A DNA stretch of 64,000 nt from Microcoleus sp. (GTDB taxonomy: Bacteria; Cyanobacteriota; Cyanobacteriia; Cyanobacteriales; Microcoleaceae), in assembly GCA_052279835.1 (NCBI GenBank), contig CP181291.1, positions 1,696,001 to 1,760,000 on the forward strand. The letters are read 5' to 3'. The translations under genes were made by a program, and so were the position numbers. Below are positions 1 to 11,724 of the stretch, piece by piece. Each line of letters opens with the position of its first letter. Position 1 is the first letter of the stretch. The notes under the pieces are model-generated. The model was not told the DNA's origin. It ran no database searches and saw nothing but the letters and a program-made list of their open reading frames with translations.

Positions 1-701
1 GCCACTTCGTCATTGATAGAACCGTCAGGCATCACCGCCCCCGACAGTAAGACACCTTCGAGATTAGCTCTCGTTAAAACCGCACCTTCTAAATTAGCAT
101 TACTGAGGTTTGTTAGTTGTTTATAACCTCTGAAAAAGAAGCTTTGCAAGTCCGCACCCGTTAAATTACTGTCAGCCAAATTGGCATATTGTAAATCAGC
201 GCCATGTAGCGTAGCATCAGTTAAATTAGCTTGGGTGAGATTTGTCCCCCAGAGTCGAGAATCTAAAACATTAGCATTTTTCAAATTTGCCATAGTCAAA
301 TTTGCTAAAGTCAAATTTGCATCCCACAATCGACTATGATTGAAATTAGCTGCGGTCAAGTTAGCTTTACTGAGGTCTGTGCCAAAAATATCACAATCTG
401 TTAAGTTTGCACCACTGAGATCGGCATCAGAAAGGTCGGCATTTTTCAAGTTAGCGCCGGACAAATTTGCTCCGCTTAAATTAGCACCGCTGAGGTTAGC
501 GTCTTGGAGATTAGCACCGCTTAAATCAGCACCGCTTAAATCGCACTGCTTCCACAAAAAGCTGACGCACCAATTATCTTTTTCTATTTGACTAATATCC
601 TGAGCATTAGCTGCCATCACTGGAGGAGTTAAACAAAGAGTGAATAGGGCGATCGCCCCTATTGTCACCACGATTTTTTTTAACTTCAGAACTATTTTCA
701 T
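1..701 (-). CDS. Pentapeptide-repeat protein with N-terminal signal-like segment (3' end runs off window)
   Basis: Manual translation from ATG at 701: MKIVLKLKKIVVTIGAIALFTLCLTPPVMAANAQ... followed by A(D/N)LxX repeats (DLSGADLSGANL...). Confidence 0.85.
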   Translation of the reverse strand, partial: MKIVLKLKKIVVTIGAIALFTLCLTPPVMAANAQDISQIEKDNWCVSFLWKQCDLSGADLSGANLQDANLSGANLSGANLSGANLKNADLSDADLSGANLTDCDIFGTDLSKANLTAANFNHSRLWDANLTLANLTMANLKNANVLDSRLWGTNLTQANLTDATLHGADLQYANLADSNLTGADLQSFFFRGYKQLTNLSNANLEGAVLTRANLEGVLLSGAVMPDGSINDEV

Positions 702-1102
702 TGACACTAAGTTGAGCAATAGATTCTTAATGAATAATTAAATTATAGCAAATAATCCGCAACTTTCATCAGAAATTTTACTGAAAAGTAATTCTGCTGT
801 TATATCCCCGAATTTTGTAAGCACTAGGATATCTGGGTATTCTGTTGGTTGAGGTGTGTAGATGGATTGCAGCACCCGATCGGACCAATTACCTGCAAAG
901 GCTAGACTAGATAGTCTCTGGGGGAAATTGCCCTGAGTTGTGATCTGCCTCACTCACTAAGGCCAAATCTCCTCACACAAGTCAATACCCAACCATCACC
1001 GCATCTCATCAATATAATCACCATCCTGACAGTATTAACATCACTGCCTAAAGCTAAAAAAGGGTAGAAAATAAAAGAGTACAGTTAAATCCTCGCTTTC
1101 CT

Positions 1103-1816
1103 ATGCCCACTATCGCCATCCTTCCCAGCAGATTAATTGTCACAAGTATTGTAAATTCGATGGATTTTTTAGGATTAACTAATCTGGCGGACAAATTGTT
1201 GTCTGACTGTACCTCTGATTCGCGAAAGTCAGAAATCTTAAATGCTAAGACTAGAAAATTTTACCTTGATGGTTTGAAAAATTTAGAAGACTGCGACTTG
1301 CACGGTGCGGTAAAAAATTTTAGCTGCGCTATTGAAATAAATCCTGACTTCGCTCCCGCTTATAATGACCGAGGCATAACCCGTTACAAATTAGGTTATA
1401 AAATATTAGCTTTAGAAGATTTAACCACGGCCATTGGTATTAATCCAGAACGAGAGAAGTATTACAACAATCGGGGATTTGTGTTCGCTCGCTTAGAAGA
1501 TTATCCCGCCGCTATCGCCGATTATAGTTTAGCTGTGCTACTTAATCCCTATGCAAGCAAAAGTTACTTCCGACGGGGCACGATCTACTTAAAAATAGAT
1601 GATTGTGTGGTGGCAATGGCAGATTTTGATTCAGCAATTCGCATCGCACCTGATTTTGGTAAAGCTTATTTTAACCGCGGAATAGCTAAATATAAGTTGA
1701 AAGATATTCCCGGAGGATTTGAGGATTTTCAGAAATCAGCAGAGCTGTTTAAGGCTCAGGATAAAATAGAAGATTATCACGAAGCAGTTGCTAAAATTAC
1801 AGAATTATGGTACTAG
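1103..1816 (+). CDS. Tetratricopeptide repeat protein
   Basis: Tandem TPR motifs (AYNDRG, YYNNRG, SYFRRG, AYFNRG); true start may be the ATG at 1160. Confidence 0.85.
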   Translation: MPTIAILPSRLIVTSIVNSMDFLGLTNLADKLLSDCTSDSRKSEILNAKTRKFYLDGLKNLEDCDLHGAVKNFSCAIEINPDFAPAYNDRGITRYKLGYKILALEDLTTAIGINPEREKYYNNRGFVFARLEDYPAAIADYSLAVLLNPYASKSYFRRGTIYLKIDDCVVAMADFDSAIRIAPDFGKAYFNRGIAKYKLKDIPGGFEDFQKSAELFKAQDKIEDYHEAVAKITELWY

Positions 1817-1874
1817 ATTTACCTACATCCCCGACTTCTTAAAAAAAGCCGGGGTTCTCAGAGCGATCGCCAAC

Positions 1875-3209
1875 TTAGCCAATTCTAAAAGCTGCATCAC
1901 CGACTGGCAAGTCATTGGGACGAGAAATAGTAGCAAAGTTAATGGCAAACGCCGCGTTTTGAACTGCGGTAGGGGTGGCATTTTGAACTGTTGCCAAAGT
2001 TGCCCCTCCCAATTGAATCAGAGTGTTGCTTCCAGAGGCAGTAAATGCAACGCTGGATAAACTGCCGGTAATGCCAATGCGATCTTCTCCTGGTACAAAA
2101 TCAAGAATTAGATCGCTCGTATTATCCACAGGTATATTGTTACCAGTAATTAGAACAAAACTATCACCACCTGCACCACCGGTCAGGGTATCAGCACCTG
2201 CATCTCCAATTAAAATATCGTTGCCATCACCACCAATTAAAACATCGTTACCTTTGCCACCTCGCAAAAAGTCGTTACCAGCATCTCCATTGAGATTATC
2301 GTCACCCAGATTTCCCATCAAAATATCGTTGCCAACACCACCGCTAATTAAGTCATTACCTTTGCCACCTCGCAAAAAGTCGTCACCAACTTCACCAGTG
2401 ATGGTATCATTGCCTTGGCTACCATTAATTGCATCATTGGTTGGTGAACCAGTTATGCGATCGCTGGCACTACCTCCCAGTACACCGCTGGGATTTTGCT
2501 GAAAATCTTGGGAAGTGACTTGATAGTTATTGGGGGTGTTGGCCAATTTGAGCGATCGCAAAGGCAGATTGACAAGATTGGTAGTATTAACGAAATTGTT
2601 CAGTAAAGTAACATCGCTAATGAGACTAGAAACCCGACTGGGGACGATTCCTTGAACAACTTTAGCGCTAGAAATGCGATCGCCCTGCTGCACCGCATTT
2701 ACCGTATTAAAACCTTGAGTAACATAGCCAAAAACCGCATAATTACCATCTAAAAATGGCAAATTATCCAAAGCAAAATAGAATTGGGAAGAAGCCGTAT
2801 TCAAAGCAGTAGCACGAGCCATGGCCACAGCCCCGACAGTGTGCTGTAACTGCGGAGTTTGGGTGACAACTTGGTTGTAAACAGGTTCGGTAGCTCCTTG
2901 GGGCTTAATTTCCAAAGGAATAAAACGGGCCTGATTGGTATCCGGGTCAATAAAATTACCCGTTCCTAATTGACTTGCCGGAATTGTGGTATCTTTGCTG
3001 CGGGGATCGCCACCTTGCACCACAAAAGGAGTGGGTTGACGCACAACTCGGTGAAACATCACCCCGTCGTAGATGCCACGCTCAACTAAGTCTACAAAAT
3101 TGCCTGCGGTAATTGGGGCATTAGTGCCATCAACTTCGATCGCAACGGGTTGACCGTTAATTACCTGGACTACAGTAGCTTTGCCTGATAACGGGAGTGC
3201 AGCGGCCAT
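1875..3209 (-). CDS. Cyclophilin-type peptidyl-prolyl isomerase fused to RTX/hemolysin-type Ca-binding repeats
   Basis: [37 protein letters not shown] motifs followed by GGxGxDxLx nonapeptides. Confidence 0.9.
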   Translation of the reverse strand: MAAALPLSGKATVVQVINGQPVAIEVDGTNAPITAGNFVDLVERGIYDGVMFHRVVRQPTPFVVQGGDPRSKDTTIPASQLGTGNFIDPDTNQARFIPLEIKPQGATEPVYNQVVTQTPQLQHTVGAVAMARATALNTASSQFYFALDNLPFLDGNYAVFGYVTQGFNTVNAVQQGDRISSAKVVQGIVPSRVSSLISDVTLLNNFVNTTNLVNLPLRSLKLANTPNNYQVTSQDFQQNPSGVLGGSASDRITGSPTNDAINGSQGNDTITGEVGDDFLRGGKGNDLISGGVGNDILMGNLGDDNLNGDAGNDFLRGGKGNDVLIGGDGNDILIGDAGADTLTGGAGGDSFVLITGNNIPVDNTSDLILDFVPGEDRIGITGSLSSVAFTASGSNTLIQLGGATLATVQNATPTAVQNAAFAINFATISRPNDLPVGDAAFRIG

Positions 3210-3339
3210 AAGTAAATTGCTATTTTAGTGAGTGATATTTAGCTTTTCGGAACAATCTAGGAATAATCCACAAATTGCCCCTACCTATTTAATCAGAAAA
3301 CTGTTAACTTGTGTTAAGTACAGTTCTAGTTCTAAAATT

Positions 3340-3891
3340 ATGCTCTCCCGCCGCTACTTTTTTAGCACTTTCGTGGCAATTTGTCTAGTTGTTTTAAGTT
3401 TTAATTTTGCAGCCCCCGCTGCCGCCCTCGGTGGCAAGCTTCCCCAGGTGAATCAACCAGCACCGCAGTTTACTTTACCGACTAATAGCGGTCGCGGACA
3501 AGTCTCTCTCTCCGATTATCGCGGTAAGTGGCTGGTAGTTTATTTCTATCCCAAGGATTTTACATCCGGTTGTACGATCGAAGCGCGCAGATTCCAGCAA
3601 GACTTGCCGAAATACTTGGCAAAGAATGCTCGAATTATCGGTATTAGCGCTGATGATGTCAATTCCCACGCAGAATTTTGTGATTCGGAAGGTTTGAAAT
3701 TTCCGCTGTTAGCCGATACGGACGGAAAAGTGAGTAAAGCTTACGGTTCTTGGATGAGTTTTATCTCGGCAAGGCACAGTTTTATTATCGATCCAAAGGG
3801 CATTTTGCGGGCAACTTTTGTGAAGATTAATCCGGCAATTCACTCTCAAGAAGTCCTGGCTAAGTTGGATGAATTGCAAGCTAACAGATAA
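3340..3891 (+). CDS. Peroxiredoxin Q / BCP family with N-terminal signal peptide
   Basis: YFYPKDFTSGCTIEA peroxidatic motif; ATG at 3340 followed by SRRYF (Tat-like) signal. Confidence 0.9.
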   Translation: MLSRRYFFSTFVAICLVVLSFNFAAPAAALGGKLPQVNQPAPQFTLPTNSGRGQVSLSDYRGKWLVVYFYPKDFTSGCTIEARRFQQDLPKYLAKNARIIGISADDVNSHAEFCDSEGLKFPLLADTDGKVSKAYGSWMSFISARHSFIIDPKGILRATFVKINPAIHSQEVLAKLDELQANR

Positions 3892-4017
3892 TATTGTATT
3901 ACCTGGAATCATACCAATTTAATGAGTTGCTAGTGAGAAATTGAGCATTCTATCGAGACTCAATCCCTGACTAGCAAAGCGATCGCCTCCAGGACAAATA
4001 AGTGCCTATTCAGGATT

Positions 4018-4512
4018 TTATTCCTCCTCGTAAAGATTTCTATTGCTCCTAGACATCCGCCGTTCTGGGTCAATTCCCTCAAAGGTTGGGGGCAACCAGA
4101 CTCGGATTACCAACAACATTCCTAAAACTAGCAAAAATCCACCTGTAGATAATATCTGAACCCAGGGAGTCTCCAGCACTCCCCGCACGATTACTTCTCG
4201 TAAAACTGATACAATACAAACTTCCACAGCAACACCAATGGAAACTCGCTGCTCTTGCAAGTAAATAATTAATAATCGAAATAGTTCAACTAAAACTAAT
4301 AAAAATAGAATATCAGCCGTCACTTGCTTGAAATTCAACGGAGGCAACAGCGAGAAAAACATTTCTCGAAGTTCCAGCACCATGAAGCAGAACAAACCGA
4401 TACATAAGGAAATTACAATTAAGTCTTGGACTGTTTCCAGAGCGCTAACAATTAGTTTCAGATTTAACCATGGTGAGGCATGGCTCGTGGAGTTGTTTAA
4501 AGGCTTTTGCAT
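4018..4512 (-). CDS. PsiE-family (phosphate-starvation-inducible E) membrane protein
   Basis: Four hydrophobic helices; DILFLLVLVELFRLL and IVSVLREVI motifs. Confidence 0.75.
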   Translation of the reverse strand: MQKPLNNSTSHASPWLNLKLIVSALETVQDLIVISLCIGLFCFMVLELREMFFSLLPPLNFKQVTADILFLLVLVELFRLLIIYLQEQRVSIGVAVEVCIVSVLREVIVRGVLETPWVQILSTGGFLLVLGMLLVIRVWLPPTFEGIDPERRMSRSNRNLYEEE

Positions 4513-4892
4513 TGATGGCTCCTGCGAGTTGTTTAACTTGTTTACAGCTTAAGTTAAATAGAGCGGATATTTGACAAGACAATGGTTTAATTTATTTATA
4601 ACCATGATAAAACTTCCGTCACTTTAAAATTTTACAGAAACTTTTAGGTACATCGCAGGTGGGTTGACATTTTGCCAAGCTTTATGGTATTCAATGCGGG
4701 CGATTGAAAGTTTTTACAGGTAAAAGGCAGAACTGAAAATACTTAAATGCTGTAATTGTTATAAGATAAGGAAATTGTAAATAACTATTTACATAGCTTG
4801 ATGGACTCAAGCTAGCGACTAAAGGCTCTAATCACACAAAAGCCTCAGAGTCAACCCAAAAACTAAAAGTAATCCAGAGAGGATTGAACACA

Positions 4893-5496
4893 ATGGCATT
4901 TGAACTTGCACCGTTACCCTTCGCCGCTGACGCTCTAGAGTCAGGTCATATGTCGGCCAATACCTTTTCGTTCCATCACGACAAGCACCACGCTGCTTAC
5001 GTGACCAACCTCAACAAACTGATTGAAGGCACTGAACTTGCCAGCAAATCTCTCGAAGAGATTGTCAAGGCATCTGCCAAAGACTCATCCAAAGCTGGCA
5101 TTTTTAACAATGCAGGTCAAGTTTGGAACCACAATTTTTTCTGGAATTCTCTCAAAGCAGGTGGTGGTGGCACTCCGACAGGAGCTTTAGCTGACAAAAT
5201 CACCGCTGACTTCGGCAGCTTCGATAAATTCAAAGAAGAATTCAAGACTGCTGCGACAACTCAGTTCGGTAGTGGCTGGGCTTGGCTGGTTTTAGACAAT
5301 GGCACTTTGAAAGTTACCAAAACTGCCAACGCCGATACTCCTTTGGCCCATGGTCAAATCCCATTGCTGACTTTGGATGTGTGGGAACACGCTTACTATT
5401 TGGACTTCCAAAACCGCCGTCCCTGACTACATTGCTAATTTCTTGGATAACTTGGCTAATTGGGATTTTGCAGCAGCAAATTTGGCTGCGGCTTAA
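4893..5496 (+). CDS. sodB: Fe superoxide dismutase, frameshifted at about 5421-5423 (extra C)
   Basis: FHHDKHH, WNHNFFW, FGSGWAW and DVWEHAYY motifs; the C-terminus PDYIANFLDNLANWDFAAANLAAA continues in the shifted frame to TAA 5496. Confidence 0.9.
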
Positions 5497-5551
5497 TAGA
5501 GGTTTTGCCCTCGGCGATCGCGCTGTTGGCACAAGTCTAAAATAGTCCTAG

Positions 5552-5586
5552 AGGCAGTCACTCTGTAAAAAGTGACTGCCTTTTTG
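5552..5586 (+). terminator. Rho-independent terminator after sodB
   Basis: GGCAGTCACT-loop-AGTGACTGCC followed by TTTTTG. Confidence 0.8.
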
Positions 5587-5726
5587 TCAATTTCACAAAT
5601 CCGCAGATTGAGCCGTGGGAGTAATTGTCCAATCTCAAATTAAAAATTTAAAATCTGCTGAGATTGTGTTAGAATAGTAAGGGTAAGTTTTTTATGCTTT
5701 TTGTAGTTTCAGTGGCTGTTCGCGCG

Positions 5727-6020
5727 ATGACTTCTTCACCGACCATAGCTCCAGTTCGATCGAGTCAAGTTACCCGCAAGCCTTATCCAAATTATCGGGT
5801 AATTGTTCTCAACGATGATTTCAATACATTCCAGCACGTTGTTGAATGTTTGACCAAATATATTCCAGGGATGACAAGCGATCGAGCCTGGGAACTTGCT
5901 AATCAAATCCATCACGAAGGCCAAGCTACGGTGTGGGTTGGCCCACAAGAGCAAGCAGAACTTTATCATATGCAGTTGAGCCGCGCTGGACTGACGATGG
6001 CACCGTTAGAGTCGGCTTAA
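5727..6020 (+). CDS. clpS: ATP-dependent Clp protease adaptor ClpS
   Basis: YRVIVLNDDFNTFQHV and IHHEGQA motifs. Confidence 0.92.
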   Translation: MTSSPTIAPVRSSQVTRKPYPNYRVIVLNDDFNTFQHVVECLTKYIPGMTSDRAWELANQIHHEGQATVWVGPQEQAELYHMQLSRAGLTMAPLESA

Positions 6021-6052
6021 CTGGATTTTAATATTAACTCGGATGTGGGAGT

Positions 6053-6550
6053 TCAAGGGGCGATCGCAATTTGGCCAATCATTCCCGCTTCTGTATGTCC
6101 GGCTACCGTACATCGAAGGTTATAAGTTCCAGACTTCATGGGGATGAATACCCATTCTGCCATAGCTCCGGGTTTAAGTTCCAACTCGTGAATAGCTCCT
6201 TTAATTTCCACTTTCCCAGCTTCTACTTTTTGCGTCCAAATCGCATCCGCAAAGTCTTTAGCAGTAAAATAATGTTTTTGCGGACTGGGGTTGGTCAGCA
6301 CTAATTTATAACGTTTTCCCGATGCAAATTCTAGCTGATTGGGGGAAAATTTGAGTTCCCCAGTTTCGCTACCCAAACTAACAGTAATTTCGGTGATGGG
6401 TTGGCGTGATAAATCTCCTGCATTGGCAATTGTGGCAGGAGTTAATACAGTGCCCAAACAGAGAATTAACCCTAAAATTAGCTTTAAGGTTTGTGGGAAC
6501 CGCCGGCTGCGGTAGAATTGCACTAATTGCGATCGAAATGATTTGAGCAT
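6053..6550 (-). CDS. Cupredoxin (plastocyanin/azurin-like) copper-binding protein
   Basis: Signal peptide; His in QKHYF and C-x4-H-x4-M (CTVAGHTEAGM) type-1 copper ligands. Confidence 0.8.
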   Translation of the reverse strand: MLKSFRSQLVQFYRSRRFPQTLKLILGLILCLGTVLTPATIANAGDLSRQPITEITVSLGSETGELKFSPNQLEFASGKRYKLVLTNPSPQKHYFTAKDFADAIWTQKVEAGKVEIKGAIHELELKPGAMAEWVFIPMKSGTYNLRCTVAGHTEAGMIGQIAIAP

Positions 6551-6595
6551 GGGATTAATTACCGTTTATTATTGATTATTGATTATTGATTATTG

Positions 6596-6691
6596 TCAAT
6601 TCCGGTTGTATTGGAATGATTTAACCACAGAGGGCGCAGAGAACGCAGAGGAGGAGAAGAGAGAGATGAGTTCTGATATAACTGGAATTGA
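6596..6691. mobile_element. Short MITE-like element with terminal inverted repeats
   Basis: TCAATTCCGGTTGTAT ... ATATAACTGGAATTGA inverted ends; internal AACCACAGAG...CAGAG motif shared with 35485-35751. Confidence 0.5.
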
Positions 6692-6725
6692 GATAATTCT
6701 AAAATCTAAAATCCAAAATCTAAAA

Positions 6726-7871
<1,146 letters not shown>

Positions 7872-7967
7872 TTACAAAAACTGTCTTTTTATTTTTTATT
7901 CTTATCGACTCACCTTTTCTCAAGGGCTTGATTCCTTCTTCCTGATTTTCCCCCCTTGGGGGGGTGA

Positions 7968-8040
7968 CTTCTTCCTTCTTCCTTCTTCCTTCTTCCTTCT
8001 TCCTTCTTCCCTCTTCCTTCTTCCTTCTTCCTTCTTCCTT
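7968..8040. repeat. Heptamer short tandem repeat (TTCCTTC)n
   Basis: About 10 near-identical 7-mers. Confidence 0.85.
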
Positions 8041-8045
8041 TTGTT

Positions 8046-8627
8046 ATGACTTTAGCACCTTGGCGATCGCATCTTGCTGGTACTCTCCATCGCAATCGGA
8101 GTCTTCCTGTTTCCCGATACTTACAACTAGCAACAGTCCGGGCTGACGGGCGTCCGGCCAACCGCACGGTTGTGTTTAGAGGGTTTTTGGAAGATACCAA
8201 CCACTTACAGTTTATTACAGATATTCGGAGTCAAAAGGTAGAAGAAATTAATTTCTATCCTTGGGGGGAGATTTGTTGGTATTTCCCCCAAACTCGCGAA
8301 CAATTTCGGATTGCTGGACAACTGGTGTTGGTAAGTGCAGAACATCCCGATCCTGCACTTTGTGCGTCGCGTAGAAGGGCTTGGCAGGAAATTTCTGACG
8401 CGGCGCGGGTGCAATTTGCTTGGCCGCATCCAGGGGCAAATAGGGCTGTTTCCAGCGCTTTTGAACCTACTGCCCCAGATGCGATCGAGCCTCTGTCTAA
8501 TTTTTGTTTGCTGTTGTTGGAACCGGAAACTGTGGATTTGTTGGAGTTGCGAGGTGCCCCCCAGAATAGGTTGCTTTATCGGCTCGATGGGGAGGGAAAT
8601 TGGTCGGCGCGCGAGGTTAATCCTTGA
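8046..8627 (+). CDS. Pyridoxamine 5'-phosphate oxidase-like FMN-binding protein
   Basis: [24 protein letters not shown] and REQFRI motifs. Confidence 0.85.
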   Translation: MTLAPWRSHLAGTLHRNRSLPVSRYLQLATVRADGRPANRTVVFRGFLEDTNHLQFITDIRSQKVEEINFYPWGEICWYFPQTREQFRIAGQLVLVSAEHPDPALCASRRRAWQEISDAARVQFAWPHPGANRAVSSAFEPTAPDAIEPLSNFCLLLLEPETVDLLELRGAPQNRLLYRLDGEGNWSAREVNP

Positions 8628-8694
8628 AAGAATTGGTTATTGGTTATTGGTTGCTTCCAATGCCTAATTCTCTTCCCCCCTTGGGGGGAGGTTG

Positions 8695-8757
8695 CCCAAT
8701 TCCCAATTCCCAATTCCCAATGCCCAATTCCCAATGCCCAATTCCCAATGCCCAATG
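8695..8757. repeat. Heptamer STRR (CCCAAT[T/G])n
   Basis: About 9 tandem units between convergent genes. Confidence 0.85.
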
Positions 8758-8758
8758 G

Positions 8759-9565
8759 TTAGATGCCACTGCCGTCGAAAAATTCTTGAATTGCTTTATC
8801 TTTTAACTGACAAGTGCTAGCAACAGCTAATTTAGTTGTTTCGGCTAGGGCTAAATTAGTGGTTTGATGTAAAGTTGGGAAGGTTGAATGGAAATTGTGA
8901 GAATTTGGTTCGGATGTGAAGGAAACAGGCTGTTGAGTTTGCAAACTTTTAAGTTGCTGTTCGAGGGATTCGATGCGATCGACTAAAGAGCGAATCACCA
9001 CAGCTTCGGAATCTGGTAAACTACCGTGTTCTAGGGGATTTACTCGTACTCCCGATCGATAAACTATGCGGCCGGGAATCCCTACCACTGTACAATCAGA
9101 TGGTACGTCCCGGAGCACGACGGAACCTGCGCCAATGCGGACATTATTGCCAATTTGAAGATTGCCTAGTACCTTAGCACCAGCACCGATAACTACGTTT
9201 TCGCCGACAGTAGGGTGACGCTTGCCACTTTCTTTGCCAGTACCACCGAGGGTGACACCTTGGTAAATGAGGGCAAAATCGCCGACTATCGCGGTTTCCC
9301 CGATGACAACTCCCATACCGTGGTCAATGAAAACGCTTTTACCGATGGTTGCCCCAGGGTGAATTTCAATTCCGGTAAAAAAGCGAGCCAGGTGGGACAT
9401 CAAGCGGGGGATGAAGGGAATTCCGACCAAGTACAGCCAGTGTGCGATGCGGTGGAATACCAGGGCCTGAAGACCAGGGTAGCAAAACAAAACTTCCAGC
9501 CAGTTGCGAGCAGCAGGGTCTCGATCGAAAATAATACTGAAGTCAGCTCTAAGAGTCTTTAGCAC
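8759..9565 (-). CDS. cysE: Serine O-acetyltransferase
   Basis: [29 protein letters not shown] and GKRHPT motifs; likely GTG start at 9565. Confidence 0.93.
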   Translation of the reverse strand: MLKTLRADFSIIFDRDPAARNWLEVLFCYPGLQALVFHRIAHWLYLVGIPFIPRLMSHLARFFTGIEIHPGATIGKSVFIDHGMGVVIGETAIVGDFALIYQGVTLGGTGKESGKRHPTVGENVVIGAGAKVLGNLQIGNNVRIGAGSVVLRDVPSDCTVVGIPGRIVYRSGVRVNPLEHGSLPDSEAVVIRSLVDRIESLEQQLKSLQTQQPVSFTSEPNSHNFHSTFPTLHQTTNLALAETTKLAVASTCQLKDKAIQEFFDGSGI

Positions 9566-9817
9566 TTTCGGAGTTACCAATTTTGGTTAAACACGCCATT
9601 TTATTTTACCGGATGAGGGAAGATAGCAGCCGATCGTGTAAACCGAATCACCAAATATTTGACCATTCAACAGTTAACAGTGCACCAAAGATCCTGCTTT
9701 GGATACTTTTGGGCTTGTTTTGAGTGCCCAGCTCCTGATGAAGACAAGTTTTGGTATTATTACCTAGGCTCGGCCGGATCTTTCATAGTTAATAATTAGT
9801 TATCTAATATCTAGGAT

Positions 9818-11662
9818 GTGACATCTACCTATAGAATGATGCAACGACAAATTTCTTCCATATCTGGATTTCGCGCTTCTGACCTAACCCTGGGGGAAAC
9901 TCCTAGGAAACAGTCCCGTCCGATACAGCGGGCGATCGTGTTGATGTTGATTGCAACGGGTTTGCTGAGTCTGCACGTCGGTAGGCTGGTGCAATTGCAA
10001 CTGGTGGAAGGGAAACAAAACCGGGAACGAGCCGAAAACAATCGAGTTCGGGAAGTGCCAAAACCAGCCAATCGCGGACACATAGTCGATCGCCAAGGTA
10101 AACTGCTAGCTGCGAACAATTTAGCTCGATCGATCTATTTGTGGCCCAAAGAACAAACGCCGGAACAGTGGAAAGTAACAGCAGACAAATTAAGTCCGCT
10201 GCTGAAAATCCCCGCCCAGGAAATTCTCGAAAAATTAAAACAGGTCGATCCTTCATCCTACAGACCGGTACGACTTAGACAAGCAATGCCACCAGAGATA
10301 TTTGTGCCACTAGCAGAACAGGTGGGACAAATGAGAGGAGTGGAAGTGCGCCCCGAAGCCAGACGCTTCTATCCAGAAGGCAGTTTAGCTGCTCACGTTC
10401 TCGGATATATTGGCGAAGCTACCGAAACAGACTTGAAAGCTCATCCAGAATATCCGATGGGAATGATTGTGGGTCAAATGGGCATAGAAGCGAGTTCTAA
10501 CAGCAAGATTGCGGGAGTTTGGGGCTATCGACTGATCGAGACGAATGCCCAAAATCAAGAACTGCGCCTGATCGGAGAGACACCTCCGAAACCAGGTGAA
10601 ACAGTGCAGCTAACTATAGATTTGAAGATGCAAAAAGCGGCTGAAGAGGCCCTGGGGAATCGAAGGGGGGCAGTAGTAGCCCTGGATGTCAAAACTGGTG
10701 CAGTATTAGTGTTAGCCAGCCACCCTACTTTTGACCCCAATCTGTTTACGCGAAAAATCACCAAGGAAGATTGGCAAAATCTGCAAGATTTGGAAAATCC
10801 CTTTTTGAATCGAGCCATGCAAGGCTATCCCCCCGGCAGCACTTTTAAAATTGTGACTTCCGTCGCTGGTATGGAATCGGGTAAGTTTTCACCGGACTCT
10901 ATTTTGAACACTTCGGCTTACATTACTGTGGGGGGAATTGATTTTAACGAACACAGTGGTGGTTATGGTGACATCGGCTTTCGGGAGGCTTTGGCTTTTA
11001 GCAGCAATACGTTTTTTTATCAAATCGGCATGAGTGCTGGGCCCGAAGCAATTGCTAAGTGGGGACACCGCTTGGGAATTGGTAAGGATACGGATTTGAA
11101 GCTTTTGGGCCTTGGTGGCGGAGCTCATGGTCAAATGCCGACGCCGGAGGAGAAGGAGAAAATTTATAAGGAACCTTGGTATGCGGGAGATACGGTAACG
11201 ATGTCTATCGGCCAGGGTTTGGTGTTGGTGACTCCTTTGGAAGCCGCGGTGATGGTGAGTTCGATCGCCAATGGTGGTAATCGTGTCAAGCCCCATCTTT
11301 TGACTTCGATGACTGGCACACCTGAAACACAACCGGTGCCTACGGGGATTAAACCTGGGACGATTGAGGTGATTAAGGAAGGACTGGTGGCGGTGGTGAC
11401 GGAGGGTACGGGACGGGGACTAAATGACGGTTCCATTCCGCTAACTGCGGGCAAAACCGGGACTTCGGAGGTGATCGGACAGAAGGATCACTCATTGTAT
11501 GTGGCCTATGGACCAGCGGAGAAACCAGAAATTGCGATCGCCGTGGTTGTGGAAAATGGTGGTTTTGGTTCTATAGCGGCGGCCCCGATCGCCAAAGAGG
11601 TGTTTCAAGCTTATTTTGGTAAGCCAAAAAAGGTGGATGAGTCAGTAGTGGTTAGTCCTTAG
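9818..11662 (+). CDS. mrdA: Penicillin-binding protein 2 (class B transpeptidase)
   Basis: N-terminal TM helix; RGHIVDR, PGSTFK (SxxK), SSN (SxN) and KTG motifs. Confidence 0.88.
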   Translation: MTSTYRMMQRQISSISGFRASDLTLGETPRKQSRPIQRAIVLMLIATGLLSLHVGRLVQLQLVEGKQNRERAENNRVREVPKPANRGHIVDRQGKLLAANNLARSIYLWPKEQTPEQWKVTADKLSPLLKIPAQEILEKLKQVDPSSYRPVRLRQAMPPEIFVPLAEQVGQMRGVEVRPEARRFYPEGSLAAHVLGYIGEATETDLKAHPEYPMGMIVGQMGIEASSNSKIAGVWGYRLIETNAQNQELRLIGETPPKPGETVQLTIDLKMQKAAEEALGNRRGAVVALDVKTGAVLVLASHPTFDPNLFTRKITKEDWQNLQDLENPFLNRAMQGYPPGSTFKIVTSVAGMESGKFSPDSILNTSAYITVGGIDFNEHSGGYGDIGFREALAFSSNTFFYQIGMSAGPEAIAKWGHRLGIGKDTDLKLLGLGGGAHGQMPTPEEKEKIYKEPWYAGDTVTMSIGQGLVLVTPLEAAVMVSSIANGGNRVKPHLLTSMTGTPETQPVPTGIKPGTIEVIKEGLVAVVTEGTGRGLNDGSIPLTAGKTGTSEVIGQKDHSLYVAYGPAEKPEIAIAVVVENGGFGSIAAAPIAKEVFQAYFGKPKKVDESVVVSP

Positions 11663-11724
11663 TTATTGGTTGTTAGTTGTTGGGAGCATCCCGCTCCCAA
11701 TTACCAATTACCAATTACCAATTA

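Noticed and set aside
340..591. Plus-strand repetitive ORF
   Set aside because: Antisense shadow of the minus-strand pentapeptide-repeat gene
7910..8200. Lys/Glu/Arg-rich ORF and the antisense FFLLPSS ORF
   Set aside because: Translations of the heptamer tandem repeat
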